Assembly (NCBI GenBank): GCA_964016885.1
Contig: OZ024744.1
Span: forward strand, 104,904,001-104,968,000
Length of the DNA: 64,000 nt
Origin: Eledone cirrhosa
Lineage: Eukaryota
Reading direction: 5' to 3'
Part shown: one piece after another, positions 10,664 to 20,750 of the stretch
Layout of the letters: each line of letters begins with the position of its first letter
How positions within the stretch are numbered: position 1 is the stretch's first letter
Position numbers and translations under genes: made by a program
The notes under the pieces: generated by a model
Told to the model about the DNA's origin: nothing
What the model saw: only the letters and a program-made list of their open reading frames with translations
Databases searched by the model: none

Positions 10664-11066
10664 AAGTATGTATGTATGTATACGTACATACATATATGTA
10701 TACAGACATACACTAGTATGTATATATATACATACATGCACACATATATATATGCACGTATCAGTTTACCGAACATATATTATAATGCTCGGTTTGTTTG
10801 TTTGTAAACAAACAAACAGCTCGAATTACGCCTGAAACTAGTACATCATTCCTGTGTCAGTGTTGAACAAAAAGGTGACGTGGTTGACTAAACACTGTAC
10901 ATCGCAATTCGGGCTGTTTGTTTGTTTACAAACAAGCAAACCGAGCATTATAATAAATGTTCGGTGAATCCATACGTACATATATACATGTGTGCATGTA
11001 TGTATATATATATACATACTACTGTAGTCTGTATACATATATGTATGTACGTATACATACATACTT
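10664..11066. mobile_element. Foldback/MITE-like element with ~165-bp inverted arms
   Basis: 10664-10830 is the reverse complement of ~10905-11066 (e.g. ATTATAATGCTCGGTTTG / CAAACCGAGCATTATAAT), with a ~75-bp spacer. Confidence 0.85.
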
Positions 11067-11477
11067 ACATTTAAGTAAGTGCCGTACTAAGAGTGGGAAA
11101 TGAAATGAAATTTCATTCTATTCCATTTAGATATAAATACAGATATACATATGAAATAGAGAGTACAAAAATACCCAAAACAACGACCCTCATAGTGTAA
11201 GAATATAATCCTTTAGCTGTATAACAGAATGAGGGTAGCATGATGGATGTGGCGTGGACATAGTACACAGGGTATCAAGGGTTCGCCACAGGTTGGTGTC
11301 GATGCATGGCCACGCCCGGTTCCACACGGTCAGGTTTGATGGTGCCAGACTATAGCCATTATATCCACACGGCTATTTTTAAAGTCTAAAGAAGGTTGAT
11401 CTGTGGTGACAGGTGCTGAATAGGATTTTCTTTTATTGATAATCTGTGTTCACCTCTTAATTATCTCCATTATCTCA

Positions 11478-11666
11478 GGCGGTGGATTGACAGTATTGGT
11501 AGGTCAGACGCCATGCTTTGATGCATAGAGTTACGGCCCTTGCCATTCTGAGTTCAAATCCCGCCGAGGTTAACTTTGCCTTTCATCTTTACGGGGTCGA
11601 TAAAATAGAGTACCAGTAATGCACTGGGTAATTGCTGGCCTTGTGCCAAAAGTAGACACAATTATC
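11478..11666 (+). mobile_element. tRNA-derived SINE (octopus-type)
   Basis: B-box-like GAGTTCAAATCC, core GAGGTTAACTTTGCCTTTCATC...GGGGTCGATAAAAT..GTACCAGT, and tail TTGCTGGCCTTGTGCC. A second copy is at ~17762-17880. Confidence 0.8.
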
Positions 11667-11861
11667 TCAGTAACACTGAGATTTCACAAGTTATGCCCTC
11701 TTCCTTTATCTAGTTGGGCTGCGGTGACCATGTGCCATGACAGGGTGTACTTAATGTTGTCATGCTTGAGTTGCCACAACTGTTCGGAGTGGGCAGTGCT
11801 GTTTCTTTTATCTGTTCTTTTAATAAACTGTTTTATTTGAAATATTTTTCTAAATTTTATA

Positions 11862-12332
11862 TATTTAGAAATGAAGAAAAGAAAATTTTGGATGCTGGAA
11901 AATAGCTGTAGAAACAACTTTAGAAAATCAGCAAAAAATACGCCTATAGACTAGAGAAAATTGAACTGTGTACCTCTCAAATTCTGGCTGAGTGCGCTGT
12001 ACTATTGAGATAAATTACCCCTGACAACAGATACCATCTTTTCTTCATATTTAAAAATATTTCAACTTACTTCACATTTCAATGTTATTTACAATAATGT
12101 TCTCACTATTGAAAAACTAATATGTAGCATTATAAAAGACGGTATCTGTTGTTAGGTGTCATTTATCTCAATGGTACAGAGTGCTCAGCTGGAATTTGAA
12201 ATGTACAGACTTCAATTCTCTGAGGCAGTTGCTGACCACTGTTTCTGTCTTTTGGGGCCATTTTACCTGATTTTCTAAAACTGTTTTCACAATTATTCTC
12301 CTACATGCAAGATTTTTTTTCATTTCTAAAAT
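11862..12332. mobile_element. Diverged foldback/MITE-like inverted repeat in the intron before the coding exon
   Basis: Arm ~11862-12042 (TTTAGAAATGAA...TTGAGATAAAT...ACAACAGATACCATCTTTT) pairs with ~12133-12332 (AAAAGACGGTATCTGTTGT...ATTTATCTCAAT...TTCATTTCTAAA). Confidence 0.75.
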
Positions 12333-12395
12333 TATTTTAATTTACTCGTCACTTCAATGTTTATTTACAAAAATGTTCTCATATCTATATAAAAA

Positions 12396-12412
12396 TTTTT
12401 TTTTTTTTTTAG
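12396..12412 (+). other. Polypyrimidine tract and AG splice acceptor
   Basis: A T15 run then AG, about 70 nt upstream of the ATG at 12482. This implies an upstream non-coding exon. Confidence 0.65.
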
Positions 12413-12481
12413 CGTCTATACCATCAAAGTTTTCTGGCTGTACGATCTTCAAGCAACATTGGAATATCTACAATTCTGAAA

Positions 12482-13489
12482 ATGCTTCGTCCAAAACGTT
12501 ATTTATGTTTAATTTTTATCTCCATATTGGTTTGTCTAATTGTGTTTGTTGGGATGAAAATGCTCCAGAAAAATGCTTTGCAACCTCACATTTCTAAATA
12601 TGAATTTCAGGAAAATCCTGAAACTTTCCAAGATGTAATCCATCAGTCAGTTACCATTGCGAAAGACATCATGAGAAAATATAATTTAGTACTATTTACT
12701 CTTATTAACAAGGCATACTTACCATTTGTGTATAGTTGGCTGTGTAACACTAATAACATGGGTATCCATAAACAAGTTCTCTTCATTACAACAGATCTGA
12801 TATCAAAAAAGAAATTTGAAAAAGATTGGCCTAATGTCAAAGTTGTTCTTTTGCCTGAGTATTCACTTAATGGTAATCAATCTTATAGTAAAGTTGGTTA
12901 TGTAAAACTAATGGTCAAACGTACTGAAATTTTAAATTCTTTGTTGCAGAATAATGTTGAAATTCTTTTATTTGAAGTTGACTGTCTTTGGGTGTCCAAT
13001 CCTATTGAAGAATGCAGGAAGAAATCATTGAAAAATGATATGATAGTAACATGTATTGATGGTCGTAAAACCTCCATTGCTGGAGGTTTTATATATATGA
13101 AACCTACAAAGGCTGTGAAAATACTCTGGCAAGAACTGAATTCAAGAATGAGACGTCTTGGTAGAGAAATTAATGCCAAAGATGTTAAAAAGTCTGTTTC
13201 TGAGGCAAAGAATGATCAAATATTTATTATGGGACTCATTCAGAAAAGATATGGTGGAATAAAATTTGAAGTTCTTCCATATGACAGATATATCGATGGG
13301 AAATGGTACACCATGAAATTATCAGAACGTAAGAAGAAACATGTTGTTATCATTAACAACAATTGGGTAATTGGAAATGCAAAAAAGCTACAGCGTGCCA
13401 AAGATTTTGGACATTGGTTTATAGATGATTCAATGAGATGTAATATGGATAAAGTTGACAGAGTAGTTAATCGTGGGTTATATGTGTAA
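12482..13489 (+). CDS. Type II membrane nucleotide-diphospho-sugar transferase (GT77 / Nucleotid_trans-like), 335 aa, single coding exon
   Basis: Short basic N-tail plus TM helix (YLCLIFISILVCLIVFVGM), TLINKAYLPFVYSWLCN, VLFITTD, YVKLMVKRTEIL..LL, LLFEVDCLWVSNP (DxD position), GGFIYMKPT, NDQ, DGKWY and NNNWVIGNAKKLQRAK.FGHWF. The ORF is intact. Confidence 0.85.
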   Translation: MLRPKRYLCLIFISILVCLIVFVGMKMLQKNALQPHISKYEFQENPETFQDVIHQSVTIAKDIMRKYNLVLFTLINKAYLPFVYSWLCNTNNMGIHKQVLFITTDLISKKKFEKDWPNVKVVLLPEYSLNGNQSYSKVGYVKLMVKRTEILNSLLQNNVEILLFEVDCLWVSNPIEECRKKSLKNDMIVTCIDGRKTSIAGGFIYMKPTKAVKILWQELNSRMRRLGREINAKDVKKSVSEAKNDQIFIMGLIQKRYGGIKFEVLPYDRYIDGKWYTMKLSERKKKHVVIINNNWVIGNAKKLQRAKDFGHWFIDDSMRCNMDKVDRVVNRGLYV

Positions 13490-13567
13490 TATGTATTAAG
13501 GTTAAATATATTCTTTGGTCTCTACTTCACAACTGTGTTCATTTATATTTATTTATATTTTGGACTT

Positions 13568-13664
13568 GAGCTTAACTTATTTGGATCCACTCTGATTGAG
13601 CTTAGTTTATTTGGATTCATTCTGATGAGCTTAGCTTATTTGGATTCACTCTGACGAGCTTACT
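13568..13664. repeat. 29-30-bp tandem minisatellite (~3.3 copies) in the probable 3' UTR
   Basis: Unit GAGCTTAGCTTATTTGGATTCACTCTGAT. Confidence 0.85.
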
Positions 13665-14039
13665 TTCATTACAGGGGAAGTGGAATAATTTACTTGAGCC
13701 AACCAATTCACTGGATTCTAGAATATTTTGCTGTATGGTAGAATACATAGAAATATGGTTGCTTGATTGTTGTGAGAGCATGATTACAATCAGCTCTATT
13801 TAGGTAATTGATTAATCAGTCATTAAAAACACAACAATATTAACTCAAAACATATAGACATTTAATAGAAAATCTCAGAAGCCTCTACATAGTTGCTCAA
13901 TGTATAATTAGTCATATGTCCTCTAAAGATGGATATAAAAGATAAATCGAGCAATATTTATTTAATTAGTCCTAACCATTTCCTTAACATTAATAGTATA
14001 TATAGAAAAGACAGCGAAACAATGCACAAACATACTTAA

Positions 14040-14245
14040 CCCTTTAGCATTTAAACCGGCCATATCTGGCCAGAATTCTCTCAACTCTTTCTGTCCAAAC
14101 TGGCTGTAACCAGCACTCATACTTAATGTTAAGGTATTGTTCTCAAAATAAATGATATCAAAATCTCATAGCTTTGATATTATGTGAAGTAAAGCCTTTA
14201 CGATGAAAATACAATAGTATATATAGTAATATGAATGCTAAAGGG
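14040..14245. mobile_element. piggyBac-type MITE (~206 bp)
   Basis: TTAA|CCCTTTAGCATT ... AATGCTAAAGGG|TTAG: CCC/GGG termini with a TTAA-like target site. Confidence 0.8.
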
Positions 14246-14851
14246 TTAGAGCACTCATAAGTATCACAAAAAGAAAGAACAATAGTGAAGAAATTATACA
14301 CTAGATCCATCATAGATTATGTCAGACCTTTCTGAGCCAATAATCTCTCCACAACAAACCTCAATAAACCATATGAATAATAAAATAAATATACTAAAAA
14401 CATGTACAATGGTATCTTCCATTGTGACAGTTTAGGGACATTTCTAATATCGTTGTTAACATGGTTTATTATGTTTGCTAACTTTCCTTGCATTCACATT
14501 TAGAAGAGTTCTTTTGGAGTTTATGATGAAGTTGATACGGTCTTAAAAGATTATATATGATTTGTTTAGCTAAGTACTGTATTTTTTATTTGTTTTAAGT
14601 ATCCTGACTATTGTTGTTGTTTGTCTGCTAATGTTATGGATGTTGGTGTGAGCTGTCTTATATTTTTGTATTGTATTGTTCATTAACCCTTAACATCCTG
14701 TACATGACAACAGCATTAGCAATACATTCTTAAAAAGAACAAAACAACACTATGACTTCATCACATCTATTACAATAATAAATTACAAGTGGTGTAAATT
14801 GAAAATCATATTTCATTTTGGGAGTTTCAGCTTCAGCCATTTATTAATATA

Positions 14852-15334
14852 CTAGCTGAGGTACCCAGCTTCACCTGAGTAAGCAGATGATAAGAGAAGA
14901 GAAAATAACTGTATTGGATGTGCTGTCTGGTTTACAGTATGGTGTGTATGTTTGACAAAATAAAACAGTCAAAAATCTTCCAGATACACCATATTCTTCG
15001 TTTTATCGTTCATACATAGTATATGAATATTTTTAGGTATTCCCAAAAGTAAACAACCTACATATAACTGTCCATGGGTAAAAAGTGATTCAATCCTACA
15101 ACTATGAGACAGACCCCGAATTGTATTTATAGTCATAGCAAAACTGGCTCTAACAGAGAATTTGAAAGGCAGCTTGGTAGAGAAAGGGATGAGAAGATTC
15201 TTGGAATAAATTCATTTTCTCCTTGATGATTGCCTCCAAGAATAGTGACCTTTAGGAGATGGTTCATCATCCGCCAGACGTGGCGGGTCAAGGTGTATCA
15301 AAAGGATGATGGCAGTTTCAATCTTTTATATTAT
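14852..15334 (-). mobile_element. Probable non-autonomous Helitron-type element (3' end at 14852)
   Basis: Plus-strand ACTAGCTGAGGTACCCAGCTTCACCTGAGT reads on the minus strand as a degenerate hairpin followed by CTAG|T. The far boundary is uncertain. Confidence 0.45.
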
Positions 15335-15578
15335 ACTAGCTGAATTACCCGGCATTGCTCGGGTCACTGCTGTTCTTATTCAGATTAGTCAACAATAAAT
15401 ATGAAGATATGTTTTTTTTTCTCAATTATTTCGAAATATCTATACTTTATTAAAAAAAAATATAAAAATTGTAATGATAATTCACAGACACAAGCATAGC
15501 TTTCCACCTTATTTTTTTGCCAGTCGCCACATATGTATAGATGTGTGTGTGAATTTAATAACATACCTAATGAACGCG

Positions 15579-15687
<109 letters not shown>

Positions 15688-16094
15688 TCATATACAAAAT
15701 GTGACGTTGTTTTCTATTGTTTTAATCCAAATGAAAATAAAAATTATCGCACATACTCACACACACACTATCGCATATACTCACATACATATACAAAGAC
15801 AGACATACATTCACACACACCTATTGTCAGTCATCACATATGTATCTGTATGTGTAGATGTGTGTGTGTTTAATTCTCTGTGTGTGCAACTTACTAAGGC
15901 TATATGTATGTGTGTGTGTTTAATTCTCTGAGGCTTAACATTAAAATAAAAATTATCACATTCACTCTAACATACATATACTAAGACAGACAGACATACA
16001 TTCACGCACACCTATTACTTGTCTGTCAACACATGTACGTGCAGGTGTGTGTGTGTACCTAATGAACGCGCACTCACAAAGTTCTAGTATATAG

Positions 16095-17145
16095 AAAGGA
16101 AAATAGGGCACAGGTGCCCTCTGGGAAATGGCCTTGCTCAGTGTCTAGGAAAGGAGTAGGTAGAAATTTCATCCTCTGCCTCAAATACAAACTATGGGTA
16201 CATAAAGAATGTAGTGGGATCACAGGTAAACTATCTAAGAATGTTAGATTTTATATGTGGCCGATACTCAGGTGTAGTAAGTAACAAGATTCCACTGGAT
16301 ACTAGCTCCTTCTACTGCCCAGATGGTTCTATAGAAATAGTGGACACTTTATCTCTGTTATCTGGGTGACGAAATCAGCAGTGGTGGAGGTTGTTCTGAA
16401 AGTACAGTAGCCAGAGTTAGAACTGGATTGAAAAAGTTCAGAGACCTTATACCGCTGTTGGCCACAAAAAGTTTCTCTCTAAAAATGAAAGGCAGATTGT
16501 ATGATGCCTGTACACGAACAGCAATGCTACATGGCAGTGAGACATGGGCATTGTACGCAGAGGACCTGCATAGACTGGAAAGGAACGAAGCATGTATGCT
16601 CTGTTGGATGTGTAATAGTAATATACACGAATGGCAAAACAAATGAACTAAGTGAGAAATTAGGAATAAGTGGGATCAGATGCTGTGTTTACTTGAAAAA
16701 CTACGTTGGTATGGACATGTGATGCACATGAAAGACGACAGCTGTATAAAAAAGTGCAGGGCGATCAAAATTGATGGTAGTTACGGAGTAGGTAGACCCA
16801 GAAGAACCTGGGATGACATGATAAATTCTGACCTTACACACTTACACCTCTCTAAGACAATGTTTCTGGATCGAGGTCTTTGGTGCCATGCAGTAATACA
16901 GAAGACCTGCTTTCCCTACATACAAAGTTAACTTACAGTCAGTAGGCACCTCTTCACCAAATACACACTCCAACCCAGTACTCCTACTCCATACTCCCAC
17001 CAACACAACCCTTTCTCTGTAAAGTTATGTTGGTACAACATCCAGTCCAAACTAAAGAGGTCATGACAAAAAAGCAGCCAGCCCACGCTGTAAAGTGGTC
17101 GTGTAGGAGACACAGTAAAAACACACTCATATACAAAATGCAACA
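16095..17145 (+). mobile_element. 3' part of the same RTE family as 7510-10400
   Basis: 16095-16268 matches 9989-10158. It encodes KKFRDLIPLLATK...GRLYDAC.RTAMLHGSETW and LRWYGHV...GRPRRTW, and the 3' end matches ~10160-10350. Confidence 0.9.
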
Positions 17146-17761
17146 TGGTGGAGGTGGTGGTTTACTATAGTTGATTAAAGAAAGATTATTTTAGATAAAA
17201 TGTTATATTGATTTAATCCAAATGAAAATAAAAATTACATGTTACTCCCGGTGTCTAATACGGTGTAAAATTTGATTTGATTTGGTCAAGCTGTTTGAGA
17301 ATGCATAGGAACAGACAGACAAAGAATTTTATATATAGATATAGATAATTATATATGAATGTGTGTAAACCAGCGTTTGAATCAGAGACACTGGCTGCTA
17401 AACACGAGCATCGCTGACAACGAACGCACAGAGAGAATCCCTTGTGGTTGATTCCCAACCTGCTAGAAATAGCAGTTGAGTTGGTTAACATACCCGGGAT
17501 GTTTTTCTTCTTCTTTGGTGTTATAAAATGAGTATTAATAAACCTTCCTGGGTATACCCTTATTTTATTGCAGTACTTATTTTTCAATGTCAGTTTTTGT
17601 TTTTGTGTGAACCAACTAACCAACATCTCTTTTATGTTATATATAAATTATTTGTATGTATGTATATATATGTATATGTATCAATTTATAAAATGAACTG
17701 TCTAATACGGAAACATCTCAATGAAAGAATAAGATATATTAATAAATTATCTACTCAGAGA

Positions 17762-17881
17762 AATAATTGTTCCTACTTTAGGCACAAGGCCAGCAATTAC
17801 CAGTGCATTACTGGTACTTTATTTTATCGACCCCGTAAGGATGAAAGGCAAAGTCAACCTCGGCGGGATTTGAACTCAGAT
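17762..17881 (-). mobile_element. 5'-truncated SINE, same family as 11478-11666
   Basis: Reverse complement of TCTGAGTTCAAATCCCGCCGAGGTT.ACTTTGCCTTTCATC...GCTGGCCTTGTGCC. Confidence 0.85.
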
Positions 17882-18120
17882 CTACTCAGAGAAATAATAA
17901 ATTATATCAAACTTAAGCGAAAGTCTCAATTTATGGAGATTCCCCAATGATGGAATTGTTATTCTTCCAATATTGGTTATTCCAATGTCTTGGAATGGTT
18001 AATATTGTTTTTCAAATTCCAGAAACCATGGTCAGGGAACTCTGAGTAAAACCAACATATTTTGGCTTAAGTTGTTTTATATATATATATTTATATATAT
18101 ATATTTTTATATATATATGT

Positions 18121-19155
18121 ATGTACATCTTACACCACCTGAAGAACCTCTTCACCGACCTAACTGGAGGTTTATACCGAGATGATAGCCTCTTCGCTTT
18201 GCACAAAGTAAACCCCAGAACCACTGATGGTTTTCGGAAAAACTTAAGCTTGTTCTTCCAAAATCTAGGATTTCGAATAACCATAGAATCAAATATGACT
18301 AGGGGCTAACCTTTTAGACGTCACTCTAGACTTAGGTACTTTCCTCTATTACTCGTATCACAAACCTAATGTATCCCTTAGATACATAGATGTTAGTTTG
18401 AACCACCCCAAATATATTACAGATAATTTAGTTAAAAGCGTCTCATTCAGAATTTCAAGTATCTCAGCCAATAAATATATCTTTAGTGTCTCTGCTCCTT
18501 ATTACAATGATACCCTTGCCTGCAGTGGCTTTAAAGAAAAGATTACTTATTTAGAAACCACCCAAGAGAAATAAGCATAGGCAGATTAGTTGGTATAAAC
18601 CCCCACCCCTCAACAGAGAGGTTCGACACCTGTAGCCAGGACTTTATTCAAATTGTTGAATATACACTTCCCCATACAACACAGGTACTACACTTTCTTT
18701 AATAAGAATACAATAAGACTCCTACTCCACTACATCTAACCTTGCTAGGAATATAGCCAATCTCAACACTACAAAATTAAATAAACCTACTACCTCCAAA
18801 ACCTATCCCCAGCCGGGAGCTTTGTGCAACTGCCAAAATAAGGAAACCTGCCCACTTGAAAACAAATACCTGACGAATGACATCATATATAAATGTGATG
18901 TCATCTCAGGCACTGGTGACAACAACAAAAAGACATATCGGAATGACTTCCAACAACAATTTTAAGACCCGGTGGTATGCCCATACCTACTCGTTCAGGA
19001 GACCGGACAAATCCAATCAGACAACACTCGCCTCCTATGTCTGGGACCTCAGAAGGAACTCCACCCCTTTTACGCTTAAATGGAAATTACTCCAGAAAGC
19101 GCGCTCATACATGGGAGGACACAAGTGCTGTGACCTTTGCATTTCAGAAAGCTAA
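18121..19155 (+). mobile_element. Penelope-like element fragment (RT C-half + GIY-YIG), possibly Naiad-type, between (TA)n tracts
   Basis: GGLYRDD, LDVTLDL, YHKPN...YIDVSLNHP, CNCQNKETCPLENK, IIYKC, HIGMT..NFKTRWYAH..SF, LKWKLL and KCCDLCISE, with frameshifts. Confidence 0.85.
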
Positions 19156-19169
19156 GATATATATATTTA

Positions 19170-19207
<38 letters not shown>

Positions 19208-19388
19208 TATATTCATATCTATATATATTTATACATATATATATATAAGTTGTAGTTCACTTGAAGCATTGTGTAATGAGGTATAAACGTTTGTAGTTGT
19301 AAGGCCAAGACTGCAGGTATGGATATAGAATATAAATGCAAAAGATATTGTTGACAATTCGTCTTTTACCTTAAATTTATTTAAATAT

Positions 19389-19420
19389 CCTTAATTTTCG
19401 AGATATCTCTTCTTCGGAGG
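19389..19420 (-). ncRNA. Degenerate minimal type I hammerhead ribozyme-like motif
   Basis: Minus strand CCU-CCGAAGA-A-GAGA(UA)UCUC-GAAA-AUUA-AGG, with one core change (CUGA to CCGA), palindromic AAUU and a UUA cleavage triplet. Confidence 0.55.
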
Positions 19421-20579
19421 GAAGTAAAGTGGTTAATCCAGTATTCTAATTAGCTTGCCAAGTCATGCTGACAGGAAATGGTAAAGAGATTCCATTCTAA
19501 CGCTAATGTCAAAGAGTGAAGGTTAGGTGGATAAAGAGTAGTCTCCCTTTAAAAGGGGTTTTGTATGTTTAAGTGTGTGGGAGAATACGTGAAGGTGTAA
19601 GTATGCGTGTGTGTGAGTGTGAGAAGATATGTCTATACGTAAATGTGGGGACTAGATGCTCTATCATGTTAAAACTGGTCTTTGTGCGTTTGCATAATTG
19701 CAAATGAATCCAATATTATATATACATATTTAATATAGAAATGACTTCTACAGGACTAGAACTGTTTTATTCGGGAGAAATATATACTAAAATACTAAAA
19801 TTGGAACAATACAGATGATGATATATATATATGTTTATATGTTTATGAAATAAATAAAAATAAAAATGTCTGAATTACATTGTTCTGTAAACACTTAATG
19901 GAAGTATGATTAACTAAAACCCATGCCAGAGCACACTTATAAAACTATATTGATTATGTAAGTAACCATATATAGGATATAAAGCTAATACTTATGTGTC
20001 ATGTTATACCTAAACTATTACTATACACCTGTTTCAAAACTCAGAGAATAAATCAATGAACTTCAATGTTTAAAATAAACTGCATGACTCAGATTCACCT
20101 CATTATTATCATCTTCATCATCATCACTATTTAATTCCTATTTTTTCATGCTTGCATGGGTTATATGGGTTGTCACATTAATAGACAATTCAGGTGAAGT
20201 GACCCGCACCTTCCTTATATGGATCTGTAGTTTGGGTGGATTTCTGCTGTACGCACTTCCTAATACTAACCACATTACAGTGTGGAGTGTGTACTTTTTA
20301 TTGCGCCACCAAAACGACCATATATATAACTTAAAATGTCATTTCAATCTTTAACAGTTGCTGGCTGTTTCTTATTTCCACAGGAAAAAGTAGAAATTAA
20401 AGCTTTTACTCTAATACAATAAACTTTAACAATGATTTTTCCACCAGTAAAGATACTATAAACGTTTGAATTAACAAACCTGTTTTTAGATATTTTCTGC
20501 TAAATTATTACGGGTTGTTAAGAGTTTATATCATGTGTCATAGTTGCAGATGGTTTTTGTTTGGTTTCAATACAATGTT

Positions 20580-20745
20580 GGATTTTGTTAGGTTTCTTAA
20601 TGGTCATAATCTCAAGTTTTAGTTTACCTTTAAAAGTACTGTTGTACTTTTTAAACTTTATTGCTCTGATTATTTCCAGGAGCTTTACTTCAAAATTCTT
20701 ACGGTCTCTGAAATGTGATGGGCAGTGGTTATTCCCTGAGGGTGT
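20580..20745 (-). pseudogene. Penelope-like ORF N-terminal fragment
   Basis: KNFEVKLLEIIRAIKFKKYNSTFKGKLKLEIMTIKKPNKI resembles the pre-RT F-E-x-D-L...I-K-F...F-Q-x-K-L...D-I motif of these elements. Confidence 0.55.
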
Positions 20746-20750
20746 CATAT

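Noticed and set aside
11535-11570. tRNA gene (GTTCAAATCC)
   Set aside because: There is no cloverleaf. It is the B-box of a SINE head.
13568-13664. CRISPR array or tandem hammerheads
   Set aside because: There are no unique spacers, no cas genes and no GAAA core, and the context is eukaryotic.
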